Origin: Raillietiella orientalis
Taxonomy: Eukaryota
Direction of reading: 5' to 3'
DNA length: 64,000 nucleotides
Assembly: GCA_036172245.1 (NCBI GenBank)
Contig: JAYWIR010000002.1
Coordinates: forward strand, 6,076,001-6,140,000
Under the pieces are notes generated by a model. That model saw nothing but the letters and a program-made list of their open reading frames with translations. It was not told the DNA's origin and searched no databases. The translations under genes and the position numbers were made by a program. Within the stretch, counting starts at the first letter, position 1. Each line of letters begins with the position of its first letter. Below are positions 37,385-49,440 of the stretch, in pieces.

Positions 37385-40300
37385 GATGTGCCAAATGCAT
37401 CAACAGTAACACACATCACTCCGAAGCAAAAAAGATGAAAAGTGCTTATTTGTTTAATTTATATCGTCCTGTGCTCTTTCACTCCTGGATATTTTTTTTA
37501 TCCCTCTCTTCGGAAGTTTCTTGCTGCTGCTTCCCGGCTCTTTCGGGATGAGCGGGAAAGCACGCCGCCCCGAGCCGTGGAGTCTCGCAGTGCCTTGATG
37601 GCGTGAAGGCAACCGGAAGCGCCAACCTGCTCGAGCTGCGCGCGCGCTTCTCCAGGAAACAGCTCAAGTGGATCCGAAACGCGTCCGCTGCCTCTTCCAG
37701 GTGCGAGGTTCACTGACCGCGTTATAGGAGGGACCGCACCGCCACCGTTCCAACCGCGCCCCGCGTTGTGCGGACGGGAGGTCTCCTGCATCTCCAGTCG
37801 AGCAAGCCGCCGCCGTGAATCATCCTCCATTCCCTATAAAAGCTCCCAGCATTCTCCAGCCGTCCAAGAGATTCCGTGATGCGGAGAGAACGGAGATGGG
37901 ACTGGAAAGCGCTGCGGTCTCCTCCCCTCCCCCCCCCCCTCTCCTTCGAGTACTTTCTGCAACCTCACTCTGCCGAACGGCGGACATAAACACCGGAAAT
38001 GTGGTTTATCGCTCCCAGCTTGGAGACGGTGTCCTTGCCGCCTGCGAGCAGTGCCACGCGCCGGAGCACGCAGAAAATGCTCGATGCCAACCGCGAGGTG
38101 TTTGGGTTGCTATGGGATTTTCGGTTCGATATTCTTCGGGGTACTTCCCCCCTCCTCCCTCTTTTCCTTCCTTCCTTCCTTCCTCGTTGTCCTCCCGTGA
38201 TGGCTGCTCATCTACTCCCAGGTCTCCCTCTTCCCAGTCGCTCCACAGATCGGGTAATTGGGACACGTAGTGAATGGCAATCCTCGAAATATCCGGCTTG
38301 AATGAATTAGCATTTCGTTTCGACTTTCACCCGTTAGAGTTCACTGAGGTAGCGGGGAACTCGAAACGCTTCCGCGATGGAAGCTTCGGTCCCTGGGATT
38401 CTATTGGACGTTGAGAATTCAGTCAGTCGAGCCCCCGCGTGGAACCCGCCTTTCGTTCTTGGAAGGACTTTTGAGAGGGAGGTGCGCTCTCCAAATCCGT
38501 GCTCAGGATGCAGGCTGCGAATCTCCTGGCGAATCTGGCAGGTGTGGTTACCGCGGCAAGCGCCCCCGCTGTGTGCGCACGCGCATGCTCTTCCGGGGAT
38601 CCCGCCCCGATCCGTGCACCATGAATGGTGTGGCTCGTTCTCTATTCCCGGAGGACCCACCGGCGGTGGTTCCCTGTGGCCGATTCCGCGGAAAGCTTCG
38701 TCGCGGTGGAGGATGGATGCTTCCTGGCTGACGTCGGAGGTGGACCGAGCTGGAGATTGGATCCTGCCATCCTCACTGCCCAAACTCTTCTGGCAACTCA
38801 CTCGCATGCGCTCTTCTACTTCCGTTTTCTCGTCGCTTCTCCTGCCGTCGCTCAGGAAACGCGGTGCTCCTTGTAAGAGGCACTGCTCGCCTCTTCGAGC
38901 CACCGCTTGCGTCTTCTGCGCACGCTGAGAAGACTCCTTTTCATCTTCGACTCCAAGCTAAGTCGACTGCGTTTCCCCCTCTTCCCCCTGCCTCCCTCCC
39001 CCGCCCCGCCTTCTTCAGGAGAAAAAGGAGACCAGCTGCGTCGTGGCTTAGGAGACGAATCTCCAGAGAATGTGATGATGCGGGAGGTGGTAGTGGTGGC
39101 ACGACCACTGGGGTTGCCATCGCAGCAACTCTCCATGGAGGGAAGGAAGCAGTCGGGAAAGCAGCAGCTGTCCCGGGGCAGCGCGCGGTTGCCTTCGACA
39201 CTGCGAGGGACGGAACGCCGCGACATCTTTCCCGCCTCCTCCAGCGCCGCGCCTGGCTGCTCGCCGCTGAGTGAAGGTGGCAGCGCGTCTCCACCTCCCG
39301 CCCCTCATCCCTCAACCACCCGACTCTTGACTCCGGCCCGTCGACCCCTTCCCCCGGCTCGGTGCCCTCGCCATCCACCCGCCTCTCAGCCGCCGCCAGC
39401 GGCGGTGCTGCTGTTCTTCGCCCCGCTGCCCCGAGCGGCTCCCGGCGGCGAGACGAAGGCGCTCAGATCCCTCCGGAGCAGCAGCGTGGAACCTTCGACA
39501 CCCCACGCTCCCTGGGCTCCCTGGAAAGCGAGCTCTTCAAATGCGACGCCATCCCGAGCGAGGAGGCGGTGGCTCTACTCTCATGCGAGACGTCCCGCCG
39601 CCTACCAGCCGAGAAGGCGGGGAGAGGGAGGGAGGGGGGCGACAGGCTGATTGTTTCCCAGAAGCGCGTCTCTGGAGAGCCGAAGGCTTCGCCGCGGAAG
39701 GGGAGGAGGGGGGGGGGTTCGAGTCAACGCTACACCCCTTTCCGGGCCGCGCGCGCACCCTCGACCTGCGCGCTCCTCCACTTTTCCCCGCCTCCGCTAA
39801 AAGCGGTCGGCCGCGAGCCAATTCCCAGGGAGAGCCGCTCCGTCGGAATTCGCGGATGCCGCCGCCCGCGACGGCTGCGCGGGGTCGGTCCTTCCGCTGA
39901 CTCCGCGTCCGCGGAGCAGCTACTGCTGCTGGACCCGCGGGGGGCAGGGTCGCCGCGCGCTCGCCTTCCTTTAGCAGAGCCGGTCCGTCGCGGAGAGGGA
40001 GTGTCCTCCCCTTCCGCCTCCGAGGCTCCTCCCCTACTCCCCAGATGCACCTGCAACCCACCCCACCCGCCACTTGGGTGCGTTGCTAAGTTTTTCGAGG
40101 AGAACCGCGTGCGCATACTCGTTCGTCCTTCGCGACCATCTGCTCGTTTTCGCGCTGCTGTTCGTCGCCACCTCCTGGTCCGCTGCGACGACGCGCATCG
40201 CTTCCGCCTTGCGAGCTGCGATAAGCCGGTCTCCCTAATCTTCGCCCGACCCAGTGGAGCTGAAGAGATGGGAAGATTGCGGAACTCTGAGATCTCTTCC

Positions 40301-41289
40301 GATTCCGCGCCAGCGTTAACTTCGGCGGTGTTTTCCGTTGGCAAGGAGAAGGGGAGGAAGAGGAGGGGGAGACTGAGGGCGCGTAGCCAAAGTCGCTACT
40401 CTTCCAGGAGCCCCGACTGCGGCTGCGCAGTCCCATCAAGTCGCGGGGAGGGACGGCGGCGAAGGAAGAGCTCTCGTCTTTCTTCTCTTGCTCTCCTTTT
40501 CCCTTCCTTCCTTTCTTACCATGTGGATGTGGCGGAGGAGTCGCCGCTCTGCGAGACTCGGAAGTTGTGTCACTGCCGCTGCTGCCACTGCACCTAACTG
40601 CCACACAGCCTTGAAGTCGGAGGTCCTGGGAAGAGGACGTCAGCAATAACCAACGTCCCGCGTTCGGGGAGGCTACCGCAGCTTCCGACAGCGGTGCATC
40701 CGGTCGACCCGAGGAGACCCTTCCTCTGTCTTGGGACGCCGCTTGCGGCCGCAGGATGCGCGGTCCTCTCCTTCCGAGCTGCCCCGGACGTCTGGGAGTG
40801 GCTGCTTTTCTTCCCGAAGAGCTGCGGTTGGTCGGCCAGAAAGACCGGCTAGCGCGCCGCTCCCGTGCCCGAGGAACTGGATCGCGCCCGCTGTTTCCCT
40901 GGTCGAGCCCGGGTCTGTCAGCTGCTGCTGCCTGTCCCACCCGCCGGCCTGCACCGCGCTCCGAAGCCCACCCGCAGAGAAGCACCCGTCGAGTTTAGAC
41001 GGGGTTCCACGCAGCATCCCGGCATCCAGTCCGTGAGGCGAAAAACACGATTCCCTTGGGCACGGTCGGTCTTGCCGGGACCGCTGCCTCCGACCGGGAG
41101 GACGCGAGCCGATCCTGACGAAGTCGCTCCGCGGGTCTCAACGGCTGGGAACTCCTGCGGCTGTTCCGCGTCATCGTCTCGGGACGATTGAGAGAGACGG
41201 GAGGTGCCATCTGCCCTAGTAGGAAGAAGCTGGCAGCCTGCAAAGGATCCGGGGGGCGAAGCCTCCGTCCCGAGTTCGGCAGCGTCCCG

Positions 41290-41912
41290 TCGCGCCGAAG
41301 AATCAGCGTTCCTTCGGGGCTCTCTCCAAAGGAGGATACAAGGAGCGCTCCCCTTGAGGGTGGGTTTCCTCCGGAGAAGGTGTTCGTGAACGAAGGAAAT
41401 CCCTTCCTATCAGCTGCAGCAGCCACTCGGTGGCGGAGTTCGCCATGACGAAGAGCTGCCGTTCGCTGCCAAGAAGCGTTTCAGAAGGACCAAGGTGTGC
41501 ATCCTCTTCCTCTCCTTGGTGCTCCTGTTCTCCTGCCTCGGCTGTGGTTGCACCACCTACCCATCAGCTCGGAGACAACATAGCGGCCCCTTACTCCTTC
41601 CACCCCGTACCCCACTCCCAGCCCTCTTCCCGTCGGACCGTTGCGGGAAGCTTTCGACTTCTTAACCATCGCCGTTATGTGGAAGCCATGTTCATGCGAA
41701 ACACAGAAGTGTTCCAAAACCTCTCGGACGGAAGAGCCTTGGAGGCGGAGAAGAAATTCAGAAGCGGACCCCTTCGGAGAAGGAACAAGGAGCGCCCCCG
41801 TATGAACGGGGTCCCTCCGAAGAGAATCTGGATGATGGTGGTTCTCTTCTGGGTTCCCCTGCAAAGCGTGAGAGGAACGGACACTCCTTTTTCAGGAGTC
41901 CTTCCTGGATCC
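41290..41912 (+). repeat. Two partial copies of repeat X body (41290-41400 and 41760-41912)
   Basis: CCCTTCGGAGAAGG...GTCCCTCCG...GAGAGGAACGGACACTCCTT...CCTTCCTGGAT is homologous to 22140-22270 and 30945-30987. Confidence 0.55.
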
Positions 41913-42149
41913 ATCGAGTGGTCCCTCTGGGGTTACTTCTTAACATGGAGGGTCACATGCACCCTCGAATGGCATGGACAACATTAAGGAGCTTCGTGAA
42001 CCTCATCCCCCATGAGGGTGTAGATGCTTCTTCAGCACTCGGCAAACCAACAAAAAAAAAAGTCTGGAAAGGAGCTGGAAAGGAAGCAGCGCAACAGGAG
42101 AACTGTTGCGCTGCTTCCTTTCCTATCATCTCATCCCATCATTCCCATT

Positions 42150-42858
42150 ATCAAACCAATGGTTTCCTCCGGAGGAGGTGAAGTGGTCCCAGCGTGCTGG
42201 AACGGTGGTGCCCTCCTCCTCAAGTGGCAGGAGTCGGTGTTGCTGGTGTTGCATGGGCGGATCCTGTGCAAAATGCGCCTTCGCCACTGGACACGGGGGG
42301 AAGGGGGATGCAGGAAGAAGGAGACCCTTCCACACCTGCCGCTGGACTGTGTTGCTCTCCGACCCCTTTGGAATCGTCTCGCGGAGACCTCAGGATCCCC
42401 GGTGGACGACCCCAGGGACACTTTCAGACTCTTCTTCGGGCATGGTGCCGCACTGCCGCCAGACCCCGTCTCTCGCACTCCTCTGCCGTCCGCTGAAGAA
42501 GAAGAGGGTTGAAATAGCAAGGACGCATCCTCTGGGCATGGATCTTCCTGAGGACCACCTCGAGGTGGCCCCACTTGGGCTCTATACAGACCGAAATTGC
42601 CAGCATTCTGGACAGGCTGCAGAGGACGCCGGGCAGCGTACTGTGATCCCTCTTCCCCTCTCCTCCCGTGTAGAATTTCCCCAACCCTGGCTCGTACGTT
42701 TGTTTGTTTTTTGTTTTTGTTTCCCTCCCTCACGCTGCCGGAGGGGGCTTTGCCGGTCTGCGCACCGCTCTTTGGCAGGTACGTCGCGCGTGGCAGAACC
42801 GACGGTTCTACCACACCAGTGGATTTTTGTAATAAATACCCTAGCACAACCGGGTGAT
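42150..42858 (+). mobile_element. L1/Tx1-like family 1, diverged 3' fragment (copy d)
   Basis: LLLKWQESVLLVLHGRIL...GCRKKETLPHLPLDCVALRPLWNRL (zf-RVT CCHC-like), followed by the full 3' module with AATAAA at 42831. Confidence 0.8.
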
Positions 42859-43899
42859 GATCATCCTGAGCCGGCAGTAATGAACTCCCTGAGAGGTCAA
42901 CACTGACCTTTTTTTTAGAAAAAAAAAAGAAAGCAGCTCGGAATGACGCGCGCGAAAATCGGTGGTGCAGGATCCCGCCTCTGATCGCGCTGCGCCATCG
43001 CGACGACAGGTGCTCCCGTTCCCTATTCCCAGGACCGCAGTTATTGCGCACGGGGACAGTTGCAGCCGTCTGGCGAGTCGCCGCCGCCGGCTCTTCCAAG
43101 GCACGGCCGCCGAATCATTCCGCTCTCCCCTTCCCCCCCCCCCTCCTTCCCGAGCTTTCGAAACCACCCTGGGTGAAACTGGCGGATCGTTGGCGGCAGG
43201 CGCGAGATGGCGCTGACTGGCCGCCTGTGGTGGCGCGAATCCACGCTTCGCGGCAGAGTGCTCCGCCCACCCGTGTTGGCGGCGAAAACGCTGACTGGAG
43301 TTGTTCCGCTCACGTGCTGTCCGCCTCCTCGGATACTTCCAAACTGCGGGAGATCCCTCTCTCGAGGAGTGCGGACGAAGATCTCGAGTGGTGGTAGGGC
43401 ATACCCCTCTCCCTTGACCTCAGGGAGGATGCTTAGAATCTGCGAAGCGGCATCCGAACCGCGGGACTGGGGGTTCGATCCCTGCTTGCCAGGGAACCTT
43501 CCTGAAACAGGAAGACTTGCGCGCTTCGTTCCCATTTTTTTTTGTGTGTGTGTGTGTATTGCGTGGAGCGAGCTTTCGGGAACGAACGAGGAAAAGGGTT
43601 CTCCTGGATTTCCGTCGCACGATCGCCTGGATGGTGGCGACTATCCTTTGGCTCTCTGCATTTGTAAGAAACTGCCCTGAGCGACGAGGCTCACCGAACG
43701 CTTCCAGACAGAGGCAGGCAAATGGTGATCACGCCGTCCGAAAGCTGGGACGCATTCTCGGGAACGACCGGGAGAGAAGACAGGACGCGACTGCACTTTG
43801 GTGTCGTTGTGCCGAACACGAAACCTGGCAACATCGGAGGCCGCTTCCGCGTCCTCATTCCAACGTGGCGTCGTCGTCTTCTACGGTGGACAGTTCCTC

Positions 43900-45400
43900 C
43901 ACCGCCCCGCCCCCACACTGCATATGCGCGAGCGCATTCGTCTCGCCAGTCGGTCGCAGGTGCGCCTCTGCGTTTGGCTCGTCCTCTCCTTCCTCTCCGT
44001 AAGCTTCGCCCGCGGTCGGACCGGTCGCTCATCAACGGCGCCCGTCGCTGCCGCTCTGGAAGAGGAGACCTCCGAAACTCCTGGTGCTAATCCCGCCTCA
44101 AAAGCTTCATGCGGACGAGCGATGTCATCCTCGCGGTTCGGACACGAGGCTGCTCAGCTCATTTCCGGGAGCACTTAGGAATCCTCCAGCGAGGATCTCG
44201 TCCACTGGTACACGCCCGTGGGAATCCCATTGCTGCACTGTCGAGGTTTTCCCCTGAATCTGTGGATGGTTCTGAAATGGCGGTAATTCTTGAACGTGGA
44301 GACAGTTCCACCACCCAGGACCCTGCTGGAAGTACCTCGTTTGGATGAGCAAGCAAAAAGTGCGAGGCTAGCAACCCTGGAACGCTTTGAGCAAAGATCG
44401 AAGCAGAGAAGAAGCTTTCCGTTCCATCTTTTGCATCTTTGATGATCCTCAAAAATCAACCGAAAAGAATTTTTTTCTTTTGCTTTTCAAGGCCAGTTGG
44501 ATTTTCCCTCTTCGTTTTCCGCATCACGAGAAGCTGCGAGCCCACGAAAGCAAGGAAGTTTCTCGCTCCACCAATGACCGAAACTTGACAGATTTTCCTC
44601 TTGAAGATTACGGAGGATTTCTTACCCTGGAACGCCTCTCCGCTTTTGAAGTCCGGAGCTGCTCCGCCAAAGACTCTCTGAACGATGCGTCCAGCGCATC
44701 TTCCGTGTCGTTCACATTGGGAACCATTCCAGCATGCAGCGGTTACGTGGCAACGTCCTCCTCAAGCTCATCAGAGGACCGCTCCGGACTCAATTATCTG
44801 CATGGTCTTTCAGCGAGACGAAGCACTGAAGGAAGACTCTGTCTTGTTCTTGCTGAGGTCTCGAAGAAGTGCTTCAAGTTGTGACATTGCTGGAAGTCTG
44901 GAAGAAGCCTTCTAGCAAAGGCTGGGAGTCCTCAATGTTCTGCAGCTTGCTGCACCTTGCTGGAATCGAACGGACGGAAAACTTGCCTTGCGAATTGTCT
45001 GAAAACGATCCTACAAGCAGACGCATTGGAGGGATTTGGTCTCTTCGCTATGGATGCTGGTCGCTGTTTCTTCGGGATTTTGTCTTCCGATTGGTCTGTG
45101 CTGAACCTCTGGCTCACCGGGAACGTTTCAGGAGTTGATGCATCTTTCCTTTCCACTGGCTCTAGACCTTCCCTTGCGCATCTGGCAAGTTTTATCCCTC
45201 CGTTGACGAGGCATCCTCCTGTCCTTGGAGGCCAGCTGATTCCGTGCTCAAGGAAGGAGCTGCTCGACTTCAACAGGCGCCGCCCCACCATCGGTGCGGA
45301 GTGTCGTAGGCGGCTGCAGAGGGGCCTTGCAATCACCCCAGAGCAGCCAGAAAGCGGCCCCAGACCGAGTCCCTCGCGCAGATTTTCATGGAAGCATCAA
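43900..45400 (-). mobile_element. Possible BEL/Pao gag-protease remnant
   Basis: LLLCFDLC (gag LCF.CL knuckle-like) ~44400, followed by NLDSAA (protease LDSG-like) ~44240. Confidence 0.35.
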
Positions 45401-47323
45401 AAGAAGCGGGATCGGACGCCCAAGAGTTGTAGATGAGCGAGCACGGAGGCGCGCGCGCGCCCGGATAACCTTTGGCCCTTTCGACGCACCCCCCAACATC
45501 TGAGCCGGGATATCTAGGATGCAGAGTTCGCTCGCCGACACATGTGAAAAGGCACTCAGGGCAAAAAAAGAAGGCGCCGGAAGGATTGGTCGTTCGTTCT
45601 TTCGCGCGGACACGCGGGCACCCGACTCCAGGGAACCATCACGAAGGAGGCAGCTGCGCTCGAGACCTGCCGCTGCGGCTGCCAGGAGCGTCCCGTGTTT
45701 CGGAGCGATCACGCGAGGTGTTCCTGTCCGCTCGGTCCGGATGGGGCTGCAAGATGCGCCCACACACCCGAAAGAGGTCCCTCGTGCTTCTTGCGCGCTC
45801 GCGTCGTCCTGCGCCGCCGATACCCCCGAATCCCTTTCCCTCGATTCGGAACGCGCAGGGAGCCCGTCGCACCTTGCGCTCGAAGTCACGTCGGGGCTTT
45901 CCGGTCGCGATACGAGGCGGATCCGCGTCCCTCGCTGGAATGCCGTCGAGAGGGGTTCCTGGATTCCCTTCCCGGTGCCTCGAGAAAGACGCCGCGCTTG
46001 CAGCCGTTCTTCTGCTGGGGCGGATTTCGCTCCCTGCATCGAACTCTTCTTATCAGATCTTCCCTGAGGTTTATTTGCTCTCCCTATAAGACTGGGAGGA
46101 AATGGTTCGTGGAGGGAGAGAGATCCGAAACAAAGGGGAACCTCAGGGTAAGGGAGGAAGCCTCTGGAAACCGCACACCACTCGCAATTTTCATTCTGCC
46201 ACCGCCGCCGCACGTGGGCAAGAACTTCTTGGAGACTGGTGCGTCGCAAGAAAAGCGGCCAAGTGACCGACGCTTAGGGATGAGTCCGTTTCACTTCCTG
46301 TTTGCCGCCAGGTGGTGGTGCCTCTGAATTTTCCAAGGTCCCGTTGGATTGGGGGAGGGGGGAGGTCGCTGGCTGTCCGACCGGACGCTTCAGAGAGATC
46401 CCACAAGGAAGGCACTGGATGTTTTTCCTTGCAGGAGTCCCGCCTGAGCGTTCTAGAAGGCCGGGTGAGGGGCCCGCGAAGGGGCGATGGGAGTGCGGAC
46501 ATCTCACGCTCGCGTCTGCCACCACTTGGAGGAGTCCGGAAGAAGGGTGGACTCGCCCTCGAGCGTTTGCCACACTCGGCTGCTCTCTCACTACCGGGTA
46601 CTACCAGCCTTCAGCAAGAATTCCGTGTTTCTTTGTCGCCGAGTTGGCCGCTTATCGTAGGGGAGGAGGGAGGGGGGCACGTAGGTTTGGCTCTCGACAA
46701 GCCCGCACGGAGTGAGCGACGGCTCTGCTCCTTGGATCCGGGACTCCCCCACCCAGACGGTCAGAGAAAAGAAAGATGGCAGCGGCCGCCGCGCACCACG
46801 GAAGTGCCGTGGTGGGGACAGTGGAGGGAAGGGTCGCCACGAAGGTAGGCGAGCTGCTGTGGAACGCGCCGCTCTCCCGTTCTTGCAGGTTCGCTGCTTC
46901 CTTCCTCACCCCCCTCCTCCTGCCCGACATCAAATCACGTCGGGATGGCAACCTGCAGAGAGAGTTCTAGGAGACTACCGAAGGCATCCCTCCACCGGAA
47001 AGATTCGCTCAACACGAGCTCACAGAGAACGAAAGTGCTTTTCGTGACGCAGTAGCACGAGAATCATAGCAATGCTTCAAGAAAACGTTCTTTTGGGTGA
47101 TTCTCCCCCCCTCCCCCTTCAAGAATCTCCCTCAGGGAGAATCGGTTCTGAATGAACATTTAATGCAAAGGTACTGCCGGATAAAGATGATAATCGCGAT
47201 GAAATGTCTCTCTCCGAAGGGAAGGAAGAGGGGGTTGGATCCATCTTCCCAACCAGAGAGGAACTTCAAAGAATACGTGCGCTCCTGGATTCCCGCAAGG
47301 CCGACTTCTGATCCCGAAAGTTC

Positions 47324-47700
47324 TTACTCGGTTGCGCCAGGGCGTTTATTTATAAAAACAAGCTGCAAGTAAGGGGAGGGAGGGAGAGAAAAACCCCTCA
47401 AAGACACGAAATGCCAGAAAAGAAGTTCATTGCAGGTGACCACCGACACGCAGGCCGGCTTCCAAAAAGTAGGGAGCGGAGGGAGGGCGAGAGAAATAAA
47501 TAAATTAAAAAGACAGGAGGGTGGGAACAGGGATCTTTGATTGAAAAAGTTCCTTCCCTTCTAGAAGCGGCACTGGACGGTGGCAATCTCCCTGGAGACT
47601 TCTTTCGGCAGATGAGGTCATGAGGGCTGCTGCCATTCTGGTGCTTCGCCGCGAACCTGACCCCAACACGTGGGCTGTCACCATGGCGGCGGAGGCAACT
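47324..47700 (-). mobile_element. Family 2 3' fragment (copy e)
   Basis: Homologous to 21350-21700(-). GCCGGC-CTGCGT-GTCGGT hairpin at 47442-47459 and terminal AATAAACGCCCTGGCGCAACCGAGTA. Confidence 0.7.
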
Positions 47701-47915
47701 GATCCCGTAGACCAATCGGCGGGGTCAGTTCCTGGGGTTTTCTGGTTTCGGCGCTAGATTTCTCCCAGCGCCCCACCAAAGCCAACCTGTGGCGCCGTCC
47801 TGCAGGAGGGCCCACCCAGCCCCGCTCTCGGAGTCGACCCGTCCCTCCCTGGGAGGATTCGAACCTGCGACGCCTGGAGCCATGCGCGCGGAGACCACTC
47901 TGGATGCGACCGGCG
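47700..47915 (-). repeat. tRNA-headed repeat X, copy 3 (head)
   Basis: Minus strand reads CAGAGTGGTCTCCGCG...CCAGGCGTCGCAGGTTCGAATCC: an A-box-like sequence and a perfect B-box at 47855-47865. Confidence 0.6.
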
Positions 47916-49259
47916 GTCCGCTCGACCGGGCGCGGGCGGAAGCGCTCGCCCGATCGCAAGAGTCGTTCTTCGCCACTCGGCTCTCCTGCGGGTGCTGAAC
48001 TCTTCCCAGGTCGCCGAGCCCGCCAGACGGTTTCCGGAGAGCTCATTCCCGGCCATTTTCCCGGTTTATTTTGAAAACAGGAGAGTTCGCTCCTCCGTAC
48101 GCATGGAAACAGATCTTTCAATCAACGGAGTTCGGTCTGAAGGACGCCATGCCAAAGAATTCTGCATCGCAATTTTCCATTTGCGCGGGAGTGGAGGAGC
48201 GAGTATTCCGGAGTCGCACTATTTTCCTCACCCCCAACCACCCATCCTCTCGACTCGGGCAGATTCCAGGATCCTTCCAGGCCATGCGGACCAAGGAAGA
48301 GCCACTTCCAAGAGCAACCCAGAAGAAGCGAAGCCTCGAGGGTCGTCGGTCACCCAGAGGCGCACCTCCTGTAGCGCGCGGTCGGTCGGGAAGTGCTTCG
48401 AAACGGACCCAAGGGCGTCCACGGGCCGAACCTCGCCTTGCCCCTCCTCCCCTCCAGACTTCGCGAAACGCCCCCGTCTGCCCGCGTCCCCGCTGCGCGA
48501 AATAGGAGACGGTGGACTCGGTTCTTGCATTTCGACGCCGTCCTCGATCACGGGACGCTGTCCGTCCAGGAGTGCATCCCTGCGAGGCAAACGTTTGGAA
48601 GGATCGAGCGCGATCGTCGCATCCGCTGCGGAGACGCGGCGGGGCGGTGACGTCACACCGGGTTCCGCGAAGTGGACTTTCGTAGTGGATTCGCGTTCCG
48701 TTCTACCACACGCGTCTCAGAGCGGAAAATTCTCCACGCCGACGTCAGCAACGGTGAGGCTCTCTGCAGGCCACACCCTCCCTCCACTCGAGGATCCCCC
48801 CTCCCGATCATCCACTCGCTTCACTTCGCAGATTTGCTTTGTTCCAGTGCCGTGGGCGAGCGCGGTTCTTCGTCGCGGGGTCGGCGGTGGACGCAAGCGC
48901 CGAGGAGTGGGTGGACGCGCCCCCATTCCGCCCAGCAAGCCACCTGAGGTGGATCAGAAGGAACGCTGCCGCTTCCTCCCAGTGATTCAAAAATGCGCGC
49001 TCTCCTCCCCCGAGACGTGCGTTTGGAAGATGCTCACGCGCAGCGGTTCCTGTAGGTTCTTCCTTTCTCTTCATGCGGAAGAAGAGGTAGGAAGGAAGGA
49101 GGGAAGGGGAGGAGGGGAGGGGTAAGTGTCTTAGTATCAAGCAACGACGTGCCCAAGGAAAGTCTGTTTGTAGAGACGCATCTCTTCCGAAGGATTCGCT
49201 GCTTCGTTGACGTGGCACTCGTGATGGAGTTGCGCTCTCGATCGAGAGGGCCCTTCGCG

Positions 49260-49440
49260 AGGATGAAAGGAAAGGAGAAGAGGAAAGGGGAGGAGGAGGA
49301 AGGGGGAGGAAGAAGGGAAGGAGAGGGGGAAGGAGAGGAAGGGAAAGGAAAAGAGCAAGAGAAGGAAAAGAGGAGGAAGGGGAAGAGAGGAGGAAATGGA
49401 AAGGAGGAGGAGGAAGGGAGGTGGAGGAGGAGGAAGAGGC
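49260..49440 (+). repeat. Polypurine (GGA/GAA)-type low-complexity tract; similar tracts at 35035-35137 and 58340-58485
   Basis: Runs of almost pure G/A of 100-180 bp. Confidence 0.85.

Noticed and set aside
39362..40597. Long ORFs of 411 aa, 377 aa (47992-49125), 322 aa and similar
   Set aside because: They have Arg/Pro/Ser/Gly-rich composition, overlap in several frames and lack recognisable domains. This is expected of GC-rich DNA.
42730..42815. HDV-like ribozyme reading of the 3' module
   Set aside because: The inner stem is longer than P3, I find no convincing P2 or J4/2 catalytic C, and it lies at the 3' rather than the 5' end.
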